A DNA stretch of 24,000 bases, taken from contig CAWGVZ010000004.1 of NCBI GenBank assembly GCA_963826035.1, forward strand, positions 947,131-971,130, written 5' to 3'. Both the position numbers and the translations under genes were made by a program. This document shows positions 22,904 through 24,000 of the stretch, piece after piece (within the stretch, counting starts at the first letter, position 1; each line of letters opens with the position of its first letter). The notes beneath the pieces were generated by a model. The model was not told where the DNA came from. It searched no databases and saw only the letters and a program-made list of their open reading frames with translations. The stretch comes from an uncultured Actinomycetota bacterium (lineage in GTDB: Bacteria > Actinomycetota > Actinomycetes > Mycobacteriales > Pseudonocardiaceae).

Positions 22904-24000
22904 CTATTCGAACGCTTTCCGCAGGTAGTCCTGCCAGTCCCCCACCAGCTGGGCCCGGTCCACGCCGATCACCTCGCGCAGGAGGCCGTCGGTCTCGCTG
23001 GCCGACACGGGGCCGGCGCCGGCCAGCGCCCGGTACACCTCGACCAGCTTGTCCTCGCCGTACTCGTCGGCCAGGTACTTCGCGATCGACCAGCCCTGCT
23101 GGTAGGCGAGATCCAGGTCCGGCCCCCTGGAGCGGAACACCCGGTCCTCCGGCAGCGCGGACGGTGGGCCGTCGTCGCGGACCAGTTCCGCCAGGTCCGG
23201 GGCGCCCTCCTCCAGGGTGACGCCGCTGTCGCGGTAGCCGACGTAGTCCGCGAAGCCCTCGAGCAGCCACGTCGGGGAGCCGTCGACCGTGTCCGCGCGG
23301 GCCGCCAGGTGCGTGATCTCGTGCCGCAGCACCACGCGCAGCGACGCGACCGACAGCGCCCGCACGCCCGTCGGGCTGAGGACCACCCGCTGGCCGGCCA
23401 CCGTTCTCGTGCGGTTGTCCACGCGGTCGGCCACGGCCACCGCCACGACCGACTCCACGGGGAAACCGGAGCCGACGAGCGCGCTCATCTCCCCCGGCGA
23501 GTCCGGCAGCATCACGGCCACCCGCTCCGACCAGGGCGTCGGCCAGATCTCCGACACCGCACGCACGGAGGAGTCCAGCTCGCGGACCAGCCGTTCGACC
23601 ATCGGCTCGCTGCCCGGATGACTCAGCACGATGCCGTGCTCGGTGCCGGTGACCACGCAGGGCGCGAAGTCCCACGGCCCGCGCCAGGTTCGCTTGCCCA
23701 GGCCCTCCAGGGCGGTGTCCGACCGCAGGTACCAGCTGTCGTCGTGGCGGGCGAACAGGTAGCTCATCGGCCGGTCGGTGGGGATGAGGTCGGCGCCGCT
23801 CACGGCATAGCGCAGGTCCACCTTGGGCGCCCACAGCTCAGCGGCGCCGGCGCCGGTCACCTCGTCGGGCAGCTCGGCCACGTCCAGCACCTCGTCGGGA
23901 CGCAGCTGGTAGGACCAGTGGTCCAGCGGCACGCCGGCCAGGTTCTCGAACATGCGGCGCTGGGTGGCGACGAAGGCCTCCTCGGCCTTCGGGTCGATGG
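22904..24000 (-). CDS. Putative gluzincin metallopeptidase (Peptidase_MA-like; HExxH ... EG), 5' end outside the window
   Basis: VLRHEITHLAARADTVDGSPTWLLEGFADYVGY contains HExxH plus a downstream Glu, as in MA-clan peptidases. The reading frame stays open to the window edge upstream of the ATG at 23953. Confidence 0.6.
   Translation of the reverse strand, partial: IDPKAEEAFVATQRRMFENLAGVPLDHWSYQLRPDEVLDVAELPDEVTGAGAAELWAPKVDLRYAVSGADLIPTDRPMSYLFARHDDSWYLRSDTALEGLGKRTWRGPWDFAPCVVTGTEHGIVLSHPGSEPMVERLVRELDSSVRAVSEIWPTPWSERVAVMLPDSPGEMSALVGSGFPVESVVAVAVADRVDNRTRTVAGQRVVLSPTGVRALSVASLRVVLRHEITHLAARADTVDGSPTWLLEGFADYVGYRDSGVTLEEGAPDLAELVRDDGPPSALPEDRVFRSRGPDLDLAYQQGWSIAKYLADEYGEDKLVEVYRALAGAGPVSASETDGLLREVIGVDRAQLVGDWQDYLRKAFE

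Overview
High-GC (about 70%+) actinobacterial chromosome. By gene content and order it resembles a Micromonosporaceae- or Streptomyces-like relative. Most of the window is a conserved core block collinear with M. tuberculosis Rv2175c-Rv2189c and S. coelicolor SCO2110-SCO2132. In order it holds: an Rv2175c-like DNA-binding protein divergent from a PASTA Ser/Thr kinase, class II DAHP synthase, RNase AS-like exoribonuclease, PlsC, an Rv2183c/Rv2184c/TB16.3-like operon ending in glucokinase, an Rv2186c-like SRPBCC protein, a FadD15-like ligase and PimB'. Lineage-specific additions are a WS/DGAT, a truncated haemoglobin, an amidase, pfkA and a pentapeptide-repeat membrane protein. Two accessory insertions interrupt the block. 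(1) A solo tnpB (IS200/IS605-family, IS1341-like, no tnpA) has an intact RuvC triad and lower GC3. It is wedged between the TB16.3-like operon and a metallophosphoesterase gene. (2) A three-gene, translationally coupled cassette encodes a WXG100-like N-domain fused to a CHAP peptidoglycan hydrolase plus two small YbaB/EbfC-like proteins. It sits where the 3' half of the FadD15-like gene should be, and that gene also has a degenerate P-loop. Four families of short structured repeats occupy intergenic or junction positions. They are: twin hairpins with compensatory substitutions; a 3x21-bp tandem array; a 3+3 inverted array with 22-bp period; and a 21-nt motif present three times at operon-internal gene junctions. 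I found no rRNA, tRNA or CRISPR array. All calls come from reading the translations and sequence by eye, and no database search was possible.
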